64,000 nt of DNA, from the NCBI RefSeq assembly GCF_988242995.1, contig NZ_OZ547043.1; one strand, given 5' to 3'. Each line of letters begins with the position of its first letter. Within the stretch, counting starts at the first letter, position 1. The translations under genes and the position numbers were made by a program. This document shows positions 33,238-42,705 of the stretch, piece by piece. A model generated the notes under the pieces. That model was not told where the DNA came from, ran no database searches, and saw only the letters and a program-made list of their open reading frames with translations.

Positions 33238-33479
33238 ACTGATGAAATTTATTTAAGTATCATTTAACAATATGAAATATAAAGGAATATTTCATTTTCA
33301 GTGGTTATGGTTATGCTATTGATAATCAAGGATATTGCTAATGCCCTGACGCATACCACGTAAGCCAGGATTTTCGCAAGGGAAGATGATGATGACGAAA
33401 CACCCGACAGGAATATGTGTCAGGTGCATTGTTAAGGTCATAAGAAGGAGGCTAAGACTGGAGCTAAGAGGGAGCGTTA

Positions 33480-34637
33480 TTAATTATTCTCCATTTGTCT
33501 TGCAACATCCATGATGTGGTAAAGCGGTACTCTGTTCTTAGCTAACTCCACCATGGCGTTCATATAAGGCACCATGGTTGAAAAAAGGATTTTATAACCT
33601 TCACAAAAATAGGAAACAGTCTCATTGTTTACTTTAGTAATACGATGCTTAGGACAACCGCCATTGCAGATAGGTTTATATGCACATTGCTGACATTTCG
33701 CTGAAATCCGTTTTTTTTGCGCTGTCAGTTGTACACTGTTCATCGTTTTGAGTTCAGATTTATTAATGTTTCCAATTTTGTACTGTGGATAGACAAAATG
33801 GTCGCATTCGTAAATGTCTCCATTACTTTCAACAACCAGATTATCCTTGCAGGACTCCTGGAAAATACAACTGGTATGCCCATTCCCTAAAAAACGGCTG
33901 ACAAAGCTTTCAAACTGACGGATGAAAATTTCACCCACATCGTTTTTAACCCATTGCATAAAAATGGTTGACATAAACTTGCCATAAGCCGTGGGAGGCA
34001 CAGAAAAATCAATGATACGGAATGTGTTCTCACTATGACCACTGAAATCAATATTCGGCGTCCCGGTTTCTAGCAATTCGATAAATTGCATATGTTTACT
34101 GCCGATAGATTTTAAAAAATGATAAACCTCAAGAGGGTAATGGACATTAACGTTATTAATGACGGTTAACGTATTAAACTCAACTTGATATGATTTCAGA
34201 CGCTCGATGGCTGCTATCACTTTTGCAAAAGTACCGTTACCTGAATTACTGCGTCTGTAACGGTCATGTAGCTCCTGGGGGCCATCGATCGAGATACCAA
34301 CCAGAAACTCATGTTCTTTGATAAAAGCACACCATTCATTATTCAATAAAATGCCATTCGTTTGTAATGCATTAAAAATACGTTTTTGGCCTGCATAGCG
34401 TTGTTGATAGTGAATAACTTTACGGAAAAAATCCAGGCCAGCCAGAGTGGGTTCACCGCCTTGCCAGGTAAAATAGACCTGATTGCCAGACGCTGCGATA
34501 TATTGTTTGATGAACTCTTTCAGAGTACTGTCATCCATCCATTTTTCATGAGTAAACTGCGACTCTTTTTCAAGGTAAAAACAGTAATCACATTTGAGAT
34601 TACATTGAAAACTGGAGGGCTTGGCTGTAACGTGCAT
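33480..34637 (-). CDS. ydeM: Radical-SAM anaerobic sulfatase-maturating enzyme homologue
   Basis: CNLKCDYC (Cx3Cx2C) radical-SAM motif near the N-terminus plus extra Cys clusters (SPASM-like) near the C-terminus; start approximate. Confidence 0.85.
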   Translation of the reverse strand: MHVTAKPSSFQCNLKCDYCFYLEKESQFTHEKWMDDSTLKEFIKQYIAASGNQVYFTWQGGEPTLAGLDFFRKVIHYQQRYAGQKRIFNALQTNGILLNNEWCAFIKEHEFLVGISIDGPQELHDRYRRSNSGNGTFAKVIAAIERLKSYQVEFNTLTVINNVNVHYPLEVYHFLKSIGSKHMQFIELLETGTPNIDFSGHSENTFRIIDFSVPPTAYGKFMSTIFMQWVKNDVGEIFIRQFESFVSRFLGNGHTSCIFQESCKDNLVVESNGDIYECDHFVYPQYKIGNINKSELKTMNSVQLTAQKKRISAKCQQCAYKPICNGGCPKHRITKVNNETVSYFCEGYKILFSTMVPYMNAMVELAKNRVPLYHIMDVARQMENN

Positions 34638-34688
34638 CGCTATCTCGCTCAATAAGGCGGCGGAAAATTCCGCCGCATGAAGGTTTAG

Positions 34689-36371
34689 TTATTTCGCTTC
34701 GCTTAGTGCTTTCTTGATATTGTTAAACTTCTCCTGATTTACCTCGCTAAGCGGTGGCTGGCTGCTGTCGATAAACTCTCTTACCACGCCTTGCATCTCT
34801 TTAACGACCTGCGGATTGGCGGCGGCAAGGTTATCTTTTTGCTGTAGATCCGTCAGTTTGTAGAGACCTAACTGATTGTTTTCTACTGTATAGACAAGCG
34901 AATAATCGTTATTTCTCACCGTATAAGAGAATTGGCTTAAGTCCTCAGTGTTGGGGTTATGCGGGTAATCGTCTGACTGATGGCGAACAAATTTGTGGTA
35001 ATTATCCCAGAATGGAATATTTTCCTCGTCAAACCAGTGAGAATAAGAGGTTATCCAGGTCAGATTTTTATGTGGCTCGCCTTGTTTCTTATCTTGCAAC
35101 CAGGGCAGCAAGGAAACGCCATCCAGCTTAAGGTCTTTTGGAATGCTGATATCGGCTGCATCAAGAGCTGTCGGGTAGAAATCCATTGCGGAAATCAGCT
35201 TGTCATAATTACCGGGTTGAAGTTTTCCTTTCCACCACATAAACATTGGGGTGTGAGTACCGCCAGGATAGGTCTGACTCTTATAGCCTTTTTGCGCCCC
35301 GTTCAGCGGCAGAGGACCATCGATAACCGCACCATTATCGGAGGTAAAGAGAATAATTGTATTGTCATACTGTCCGTTTTTCTTCAGTTGTTCGAGAATG
35401 CGTTTTACACCCTGATCAACAGAATAAACGGAAGCGTAGTAGTTATCTGCTGTTTGACTACCGGTATTAAATTGCTTCTGATATTGCTCCGGTGCAGGAT
35501 TATCATTTGGCAGGTGCGGAGCATTATAAGCCAGGTAAAGCATAAAAGGCTGGTCAAGTGTTTTGGCACGATCAACAACGCCAATTGCCTCATCGGTTAA
35601 CTGATCGCTGATATAACCTTTTGCGGGGACGCGTTCACGGTTTTTGAACAGTGAAGGGGAGTTGTAATATGCCGTTCCTGCAGCGTGGAATCCCATAAAG
35701 TAATCAAAGCCACGGTTTTGAGGTTGCCATTCTTCCGCAGAAAATGTGGTGAAGTTGTCATGATAGTCACGCGTTTGTTTATCTTCCGGTACCGGCACAT
35801 TACTGATTTTTGACAAGTGCCATTTACCTACTGCTGCAGTGTAATAACCATGATTCTGGAATAATTCAGGCAAGAAAGTTTCTGTTAGCGGAATACCATC
35901 CTGAGCATCGGTATTGGAATAGACACCAAAGCGGGCGGGCGCTCGACCGGTCATTATTGCGGCGCGGGAGGGGCCGGAAACACCGTGCGCCACATAGCCG
36001 TTAGTAAAACGTACGCCTTCATCCATTAATGAAAGGAGCGTCGGCGTTGATTTTTGCGCAGCTTCAATGGCTTTATCTATCCCTATTTTGTAGGTATCGA
36101 CAACTTCACGATTTTCCATTGTTTTTGGGTCAAAAGATCCCTTATCAAAAGGAAGTTGTCCATAACCAAGATCATCCATGGTCAGTACGATAATATTTGG
36201 CTTTCCTTTGGTACTGTATTCAGTCGGCGTAAAGTCTGAGAAAGCAACGTTTGTTTTGGTTGCTTTCAGCTTTACATCATCTGCCGCATGAGCAGCAAAT
36301 GCAGCCATACCAGATGCCAGTATCAAAGATATCGAGGTACTTACGACACTTTTCTTTAATGCAGACTTCAT
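34689..36371 (-). CDS. ydeN: Periplasmic sulfatase (type I sulfatase family)
   Basis: Track ORF 34689-36551 with start at MKSALKKSVVSTSISLILASGMAAFAAHA (signal peptide), 560 aa; sulfatase active-site region and DDLGYGQ metal-binding region. Confidence 0.85.
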   Translation of the reverse strand: MKSALKKSVVSTSISLILASGMAAFAAHAADDVKLKATKTNVAFSDFTPTEYSTKGKPNIIVLTMDDLGYGQLPFDKGSFDPKTMENREVVDTYKIGIDKAIEAAQKSTPTLLSLMDEGVRFTNGYVAHGVSGPSRAAIMTGRAPARFGVYSNTDAQDGIPLTETFLPELFQNHGYYTAAVGKWHLSKISNVPVPEDKQTRDYHDNFTTFSAEEWQPQNRGFDYFMGFHAAGTAYYNSPSLFKNRERVPAKGYISDQLTDEAIGVVDRAKTLDQPFMLYLAYNAPHLPNDNPAPEQYQKQFNTGSQTADNYYASVYSVDQGVKRILEQLKKNGQYDNTIILFTSDNGAVIDGPLPLNGAQKGYKSQTYPGGTHTPMFMWWKGKLQPGNYDKLISAMDFYPTALDAADISIPKDLKLDGVSLLPWLQDKKQGEPHKNLTWITSYSHWFDEENIPFWDNYHKFVRHQSDDYPHNPNTEDLSQFSYTVRNNDYSLVYTVENNQLGLYKLTDLQQKDNLAAANPQVVKEMQGVVREFIDSSQPPLSEVNQEKFNNIKKALSEAK

Positions 36372-36772
36372 AAATGTTCCTCTTCTTATTGTACTTAATT
36401 CCAAAGTAATTTTACGAAGAGAAATAAGTGGATGTAAGTGAAGTGAGTCACATAAAGAGATAGCAGATTTAGCTAAAAAAAGGGAAATAACAGTCCATAA
36501 AGCGTTGACATTACTTTCTGTTCTACTAAGTAATTTCTCGCCGATAAACAACTAATCTATTGATATTTAATAAATTATTGCATTTTAATGACAAAATGCC
36601 GAATTGAGATCATAAATAATCATGCAACAGGTTATGCAAATGCATAAATATGTGATGAATGTCACTTATTTATTTCAAGAAATATATCGCCTAAAAACAA
36701 CGCGGGGCAGGAAATGGCTGCCCCATTTAATTCTTACGTAGCGTGTGTGGTTGACTACTCGTTAGCAAATAA

Positions 36773-37534
36773 TCAAATAGCTAAAGCACTCATCGTGTTG
36801 TCCGTGTTCATACCGGTGTGCCTTTGACAACGGTACTCCTTCGAAACTCTCTTCGGACTGTTGCCGAAATGTTTGCGGAACGCATAAATAAAATATGATG
36901 TACTCGCATAACCACATTGTTCGGCAATTTTATTGACTGAACCTTCTACGCGTATCAAATTTTTTGCGTGCTGCATTCTGGCATCTAAAAGAATCTGTGA
37001 GAATGTCGTTTGCTCTTGCTTTAGTTTTTTCTTCAACAGGCTTTCACTGATGTACAGGCAGTCACAAATATCTTTCAGCTTCCATGGGTGCGCCAGCTTC
37101 ATGTTGACAATATTTCTCACTTTCCCGGAAACGGATAGCACACCGTTAGTTAATAGTGTAATGAAACCTTTGCATGCGGCAAAAATAGACAGGCAAGAAA
37201 AAAGCAAAAGTTCTGAAAAGTTATGATGATTGCGTTCTTCCGAGTTGAGATAAGCAATCATTTCATTAAGCAATCCCGTCGGTACATTTGAAGCACGTAA
37301 AAACTTCGCAGGAACAGGCACCGTCACTGTCTGGATGTTAGTGCATTGTAGATATTTTTTAATGGTGTTTTCATTAAATCCGATTTCTTTGAAATGCCGC
37401 TCATAAGGTTCAAAATGCGTACGAACAGCGTTATCTACCATCAGGATCTCGCCGTCAGAGAAGGCGTAATCTTTATCTAAAATGTTAGCGTTGAAGGCAT
37501 GATGAATAAATATAACAGAACAAACGAGCGACAT
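36773..37534 (-). CDS. ydeO: AraC-family transcriptional activator of acid resistance
   Basis: 253 aa with C-terminal AraC HTH; downstream of safA in the same orientation. Confidence 0.88.
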   Translation of the reverse strand: MSLVCSVIFIHHAFNANILDKDYAFSDGEILMVDNAVRTHFEPYERHFKEIGFNENTIKKYLQCTNIQTVTVPVPAKFLRASNVPTGLLNEMIAYLNSEERNHHNFSELLLFSCLSIFAACKGFITLLTNGVLSVSGKVRNIVNMKLAHPWKLKDICDCLYISESLLKKKLKQEQTTFSQILLDARMQHAKNLIRVEGSVNKIAEQCGYASTSYFIYAFRKHFGNSPKRVSKEYRCQRHTGMNTDNTMSALAI

Positions 37535-37602
37535 TTTATCTCCTTAAAACAATAAAGTTTTTATCGATACTTTTTTAACATTTCACATTTATAATTTGCT
37601 GT

Positions 37603-37806
37603 TTATTTCCAGTCTTGCAAACTATTGATAATGAAATGTGTAAGATCTCTTGCCATGCGACCCATTTCTGAAATGCCCTGCTGATCAATTGCCGAAAAAA
37701 TGGCTATCAACGTAAGTGTCAGCAACAAGACAACCACAATTACAGACATGATTTCTTTATAGTTGTCTCTTTGCATGATTTTGTTTTTCACTGTGGTCGC
37801 ATGCAT
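37603..37806 (-). CDS. safA: Small membrane protein connecting the EvgS/EvgA and PhoQ/PhoP systems
   Basis: About 65 aa with a single TM segment (IVVVLLLTLTLIAIFSAI); immediately upstream of ydeO. Confidence 0.8.
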   Translation of the reverse strand: MHATTVKNKIMQRDNYKEIMSVIVVVLLLTLTLIAIFSAIDQQGISEMGRMARDLTHFIINSLQDWK

Positions 37807-37917
37807 TTCAAATGTGTTTATTTAGCGGATAACGTTAAAAATCGTTAATCAGTATGATTAATATAACAGGCTGGATAAAAGAGGAAATAGGACTGGCACT
37901 TCAGTACTGAGCGGAGT

Positions 37918-37935
37918 TTCTTACAACTGTAGGCA
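37918..37935 (-). promoter_or_regulatory. EvgA-box-like inverted repeat upstream of safA
   Basis: TTCTTACAACTGTAGGCA resembles the EvgA consensus TTCYTACA-N2-TGTARGAA; about 110 nt upstream of the safA ATG. Confidence 0.55.
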
Positions 37936-38053
37936 GAGGTTTATATCTTATAGTGTGTATTTTAATTTAATCCATGTGAGCAAATTGCGCGATAATAGTC
38001 AATGAGGAATTCTTCTGCTGTGCGGATGACAGCAGAAGAAATGAGGAGGCGAA

Positions 38054-40333
38054 TTAATTTGATGGCTCTAATTCAACAGGAATACTTTTATAGCCAGGAA
38101 TGCCACTTAATGGATCGTGGTTATCAAGTGTTAGCATGTGATTCGATTCTGGAAAATAGGTCACCAGTGAGCGGTCAGCCATAGGGTAAATGACCACTTT
38201 TAATCTATCCATGCGGCGTGAGCTTCGCTTACCGTCTGGCGTAAGCGCAATAAGATTAACTCTTTCGCCGTTTTTTACACGGCAAATTTTAGCTTGTTTA
38301 GCACTCATAAAGACCACATCTCGTTGACCGAATACCCCTCGATAGCGATCATCCATACCATAAATCGTCGTGTTGTACTGATCGTGACTGCGTACTGTCG
38401 CCATGACTAGCTTACTGTTAAACGCTGAAGAGGGATCTTCTAACAGCCCTTTACTGGTAATGAAATTAGCCTTACCTGACGGCGTCATCCAGCGCCTTTC
38501 AGCAGCTGCGTTTATCAGGTGAAAACCTCCAGTATGTCGGATGCGCTGGTTATAGTCGGCGAACTCTGGCAGCACAGCTTCAATGTCATTGCGAATGCGA
38601 TCATAATCTTCCACCAGATACTCCCAGGCTACCACGCTCTGGGGTAGTGCCGCCTGCGCGATACCCGCGACCACTGCACACTCTGATTTCAGCATTACAC
38701 CGGCGGGTTTTAACACGCCACGCGAGGCATGAATCATCGACATTGAATCCTCAACGGTTACCGCCTGCGCACCGCTTTTTTGCATGTCAATCTCGCTACG
38801 TCCCAGAACCGGCAGAATATAGCTATGCCGTGCGGTCAGCAGATGAGAGCGGTTAAGCTTAGTGGCTACGTGTACCGTCAGATCTAATTGTGTTAACGGT
38901 ACAGCGCTCGCTTCCCGATCTGGCATTGCCAGTGCAAAGTTGCCCCCCATGCAGATCAATGCTCGAGCCTGCCCCGTACATATTGCTTGCATGCTGGCAA
39001 TTGCAGCATGTCCAGGTGCATGAGGTGGGGTGAAACCATAGCGCTCACCCAGGCGAGCCAGAAACTCTGCAGACGGTTTCTCGGTGATACCGACGGTTCG
39101 GTCGCCCTGTACATTAGAGTGACCTCGTAGTGGGCAGATACCCGCACCAGGCTTGCCAATGTTACCTTTCATCAACAGCAGATTGACCAGTTGCTGTACA
39201 TTCTGGGTACCATGTTCGTGCTGAGTGATCCCCATTCCGTAACAGATAATGGTGCGTTCGGCAGCGGCATATGCATCAGCCAGTTCGGCGATTTGAGTCT
39301 GACTTAGTCCAGAAATACGTTCGATATCTTTCCACTCGGAATTGAGCACGTCACGGCGTAGCTCGTCAAAGCCGACGGTATGCGTTTGAATAAATTCGTC
39401 ATCCAGCAATGAGGGCCGACCTGCGGCGCTTGCAGCATCATCGCGCTCAATTAACAGGCGCATCATCCCCTTGAGCAATGCCATATCGCCACCAATGCGC
39501 ACGTTATAGTAGGCACTGGCCAACTGAGTCTCAGAGTTCGTCAGCATTTCAAACGGGTTTTGCGGTGCGGTAAATCGCTCCAGGCCACGTTCCTGTAGAG
39601 GGTTGATAGCGATCATTTTCGCTCCCCGTTTCACTAAAGCGCGCAACGAAGTCAGCATGCGAGGGTGGTTTGTACCAGGGTTATGCCCAATGCAAATGAC
39701 TAAATCGCATTTCTCAAAGTCTTCCAGCAACACGGTCCCTTTACCCACACCGATACTCGCTGCCAATCCCACACTGGTCGGTTCATGGCACATGTTGGAG
39801 CAGTCGGGAAAGTTATTGCTCCCGTATTCACGGGCAAAAAGCTGATAAAGAAAGGCAGCTTCATTGGAAGTGCGCCCCGAAGTATAGAATTCAACCTGAT
39901 TGGGATCACTATAGCTTTGAAGGCGAGCGCCAATTTCGTCGAAAGCTTGTTGCCAGCTTAATGGCTTGTAACAGTCGCTGACGTCATCATATTTCAAAGG
40001 CTGAGTGAGACGTCCCGCAGCCTCAAGCTCGTGATCTCCCCAGGTAAGTAATGATTGAACCGTATTCTCAGCAAAGAAAGAGGCATTTACCTGCTTATCC
40101 GTGACTTCCCAGGCGATTGCTTTTGCGCCGTTTTCACAAATGTCGAATGACGCACTGTGCTTAGGATCTGGCCATGCACATCCCGGACAGTCAAAGCCCT
40201 CTGGCTTATTCATGTCAAACATGGCAATAACATCCTGGCGTATATCCATCTGCTTACGTACTGCATTCGCTACGGATTTAACAGCACCCCAACCACCGGC
40301 AGCTCCCTGGTAGGATTCAATTTTTTTCTTCAT
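38054..40333 (-). CDS. ydeP: Molybdopterin-dependent oxidoreductase (formate dehydrogenase-like, acid resistance)
   Basis: 759 aa; N-terminal Cys cluster (CPGCAWPDP), molybdopterin oxidoreductase fold. Confidence 0.88.
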   Translation of the reverse strand: MKKKIESYQGAAGGWGAVKSVANAVRKQMDIRQDVIAMFDMNKPEGFDCPGCAWPDPKHSASFDICENGAKAIAWEVTDKQVNASFFAENTVQSLLTWGDHELEAAGRLTQPLKYDDVSDCYKPLSWQQAFDEIGARLQSYSDPNQVEFYTSGRTSNEAAFLYQLFAREYGSNNFPDCSNMCHEPTSVGLAASIGVGKGTVLLEDFEKCDLVICIGHNPGTNHPRMLTSLRALVKRGAKMIAINPLQERGLERFTAPQNPFEMLTNSETQLASAYYNVRIGGDMALLKGMMRLLIERDDAASAAGRPSLLDDEFIQTHTVGFDELRRDVLNSEWKDIERISGLSQTQIAELADAYAAAERTIICYGMGITQHEHGTQNVQQLVNLLLMKGNIGKPGAGICPLRGHSNVQGDRTVGITEKPSAEFLARLGERYGFTPPHAPGHAAIASMQAICTGQARALICMGGNFALAMPDREASAVPLTQLDLTVHVATKLNRSHLLTARHSYILPVLGRSEIDMQKSGAQAVTVEDSMSMIHASRGVLKPAGVMLKSECAVVAGIAQAALPQSVVAWEYLVEDYDRIRNDIEAVLPEFADYNQRIRHTGGFHLINAAAERRWMTPSGKANFITSKGLLEDPSSAFNSKLVMATVRSHDQYNTTIYGMDDRYRGVFGQRDVVFMSAKQAKICRVKNGERVNLIALTPDGKRSSRRMDRLKVVIYPMADRSLVTYFPESNHMLTLDNHDPLSGIPGYKSIPVELEPSN

Positions 40334-40581
40334 CTGCTTATCCTGTGTGGAAATGAATTATTAGGATTTGTAATAGCGATGATGCAAAGTATATACAAAG
40401 GGTTTATCGTCAACATGAATATATAAGAGTAGGGGACTACTCTCTTACTATTTTTACTCTATTATCGTTAAATAATAGAGTAGTATAAATACGATAAGTT
40501 AAGCATCATCTCTCATAGGGTTTAAATTAACATAATTCTCAATATAAAAAATAAGACTCTGGCTTCAATTGTGCGCGGATT

Positions 40582-40599
40582 TTCTTACAAGTGTAGGAT
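40582..40599 (-). promoter_or_regulatory. EvgA-box-like inverted repeat upstream of ydeP
   Basis: TTCTTACAAGTGTAGGAT matches the EvgA box pattern; about 250 nt upstream of the ydeP ATG. Confidence 0.55.
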
Positions 40600-40671
40600 A
40601 ATAGCCTTCACAAAATAATTATCCGCGCAATTTTCATGAATGGAGCGCATAGACTAATGTCAAAATCACAA

Positions 40672-41586
40672 TTATTCATAGATAAAAGTGACACCAATGA
40701 CTGACTGGACGGCTCCGGCTGCAACCTTGTTTCCTGTTTGTCCATAGGTTGCGCTTAAACCCAGAGGTACTTTGCTTTTATTTACTGTCCCCAGGGAGAC
40801 ATTTTCTCCTGTTGCCAGTGTTTTTCCATTACGCATCAGAGAGACACCCACGCCCGATGCTTTTGTTGCATCTGGTGCTGTGTTAGCAAACACTTGTCGG
40901 GCACTGTCAGTGGTGGCACCCGAAAGATAAAATGAGAGCTTTTGTTCGCTAGAGCAATATACACCAAGGGGTATTTCTGCGCTTCCAGGAAAGTCCGGGA
41001 GATTCACGGTGACATTACGACTATCAACGGTGCAACCGCCTGTTGGCATAACAACACTGTTATTTGAAATAATATTCCACGTAAAATTACGCGGATTTCC
41101 GCTTCCTAACGTGGCAATTTTATACATATGAATACGGGCAATAACTTCCCCTGCTTTTATGACAACTCCACCAGCCGCTCCGACTGGGGTAATATAGAGT
41201 TTTAACGGTAATGGCATCGGTGTCTTATCACCAATATCCAATACGTTGGTATTTGTCGTCAACGGGAAAGGGTAGGTCACATTATTCCAGTACAGTGATC
41301 CTTTATATGACTGTAGGGAGCCTGCGAAAGCTGATCCTTGTACCAGGTTTATATGATCAGTGTCGTACCAGCCGCCGTAATCATTCCAGCAACTTATATG
41401 CTGAGACAAGTCTACAACCAGATTCTGGCCCGGTTGTATTACAGGATCGAGATTAACATAAACAGAGGTTGTACCTGCTCCAATACTTGACCCGCCATCG
41501 ACATTACAACTGAAGGCAAAAACTTTGCCTGCCATTAATAGAAGATAAATACCGAACAGGACCTTTATACTGAATGTTTTACCCAT
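40672..41586 (-). CDS. ydeQ: Fimbrial tip adhesin, FimH-like two-domain
   Basis: 304 aa with signal peptide; last gene of the chaperone-usher operon; C-terminal pilin domain motif. Confidence 0.8.
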   Translation of the reverse strand: MGKTFSIKVLFGIYLLLMAGKVFAFSCNVDGGSSIGAGTTSVYVNLDPVIQPGQNLVVDLSQHISCWNDYGGWYDTDHINLVQGSAFAGSLQSYKGSLYWNNVTYPFPLTTNTNVLDIGDKTPMPLPLKLYITPVGAAGGVVIKAGEVIARIHMYKIATLGSGNPRNFTWNIISNNSVVMPTGGCTVDSRNVTVNLPDFPGSAEIPLGVYCSSEQKLSFYLSGATTDSARQVFANTAPDATKASGVGVSLMRNGKTLATGENVSLGTVNKSKVPLGLSATYGQTGNKVAAGAVQSVIGVTFIYE

Positions 41587-41645
41587 GATATATCCTAAGG
41601 TTAAAAAATTGATTTAAAAAGGAGGAAAATAAAATCAAATTGATG

Positions 41646-42149
41646 TTATTGCCAGGTATAGATCACATTGATTAGCGCCTCGATCGTACCCTGGCTTGCG
41701 TTTCCATTCACCGTGATAGCTCTTGCCTTAAGTGGAAACTGTGCATTACGAGTGATCTCATCAACAATAACCGTTTTGCTATCGCCATTTTTTAACGTCG
41801 CATCCTGGTCATCCCTTAGCTCTATCTGAATATTTTCGGCAGTACCTTCATTTTTGTAATAACCCGTATTGTCAGTTGAACCTGTCACGATTGCCGTCAC
41901 TGCACTTGTTTCAACCGGACAATCGGTTAATGACAAAGTAATATTGTGCCAGCCTGATGCAGAACCAGGTTGTTGCAGATTGCGCGTATAAAGATCCCCG
42001 AGATTAACGTTAGCTTCTTTGGTTTGAATAGTGCAGGGTTTAGCGACTACCCGACCATTAACAGTGATAGTGACATCGGCGGCCTGGAGAGTTACTGTGA
42101 ATAACGCGCAAAACGTAGCTAACAGGAACCTCTTGTGAAGTCTTTTCAT
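41646..42149 (-). CDS. ydeR: Fimbrial minor subunit (FimG-like)
   Basis: 167 aa, signal peptide, pilin fold with C-terminal aromatic residues. Confidence 0.8.
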   Translation of the reverse strand: MKRLHKRFLLATFCALFTVTLQAADVTITVNGRVVAKPCTIQTKEANVNLGDLYTRNLQQPGSASGWHNITLSLTDCPVETSAVTAIVTGSTDNTGYYKNEGTAENIQIELRDDQDATLKNGDSKTVIVDEITRNAQFPLKARAITVNGNASQGTIEALINVIYTWQ

Positions 42150-42161
42150 ATCTGACTCTGA

Positions 42162-42692
42162 TTATTGAAATTCAAGGGTAAAGGTTGCCGAAGCCCTCAC
42201 CAGTCCCGGATTGACGGACTTCTGAGTTGACTTCAGACGAGCGGAGTAAGGCAAAATATTGTTCTGTTCTGGTATCAGTGGGATCCACTGCATCCCGGCA
42301 TGAAGGTCATTCAATTTCACCGGACGCATATTTCCGTCCAGTATTTCTATACCCAAACCGGAGGCCGTATTGCTTCCTTCATCCAGTTTCAACAGAGTAT
42401 TATTTTCTGCATCCTCAATACCGTTAAATGCAACCCGAACCCCCGTTGTCTCTTTACTGCATTCACTTAACGTAATCTGAAAAGGGACGGCTGGACTTGT
42501 GCTACCGGTCGTTGGAAATTGTCTGGCACTGTTTTTTTGGAGATCTACGGTAAAATTAAGCGAATCCGATGAGACTGTGCAGCCATAATCGAGGACGCGC
42601 CCGCTAATTTTAATAACGCTATCTGCGGATAAAGCAGAATAGGTGGTTAACCCCAGACATAAACCGAGGAAAATAATGTTATTGTATTTCAT
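42162..42692 (-). CDS. ydeS: Fimbrial minor subunit (FimF-like)
   Basis: 176 aa, signal peptide, pilin-like. Confidence 0.8.
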   Translation of the reverse strand: MKYNNIIFLGLCLGLTTYSALSADSVIKISGRVLDYGCTVSSDSLNFTVDLQKNSARQFPTTGSTSPAVPFQITLSECSKETTGVRVAFNGIEDAENNTLLKLDEGSNTASGLGIEILDGNMRPVKLNDLHAGMQWIPLIPEQNNILPYSARLKSTQKSVNPGLVRASATFTLEFQ

Positions 42693-42705
42693 AATCTATT
42701 GTTCC

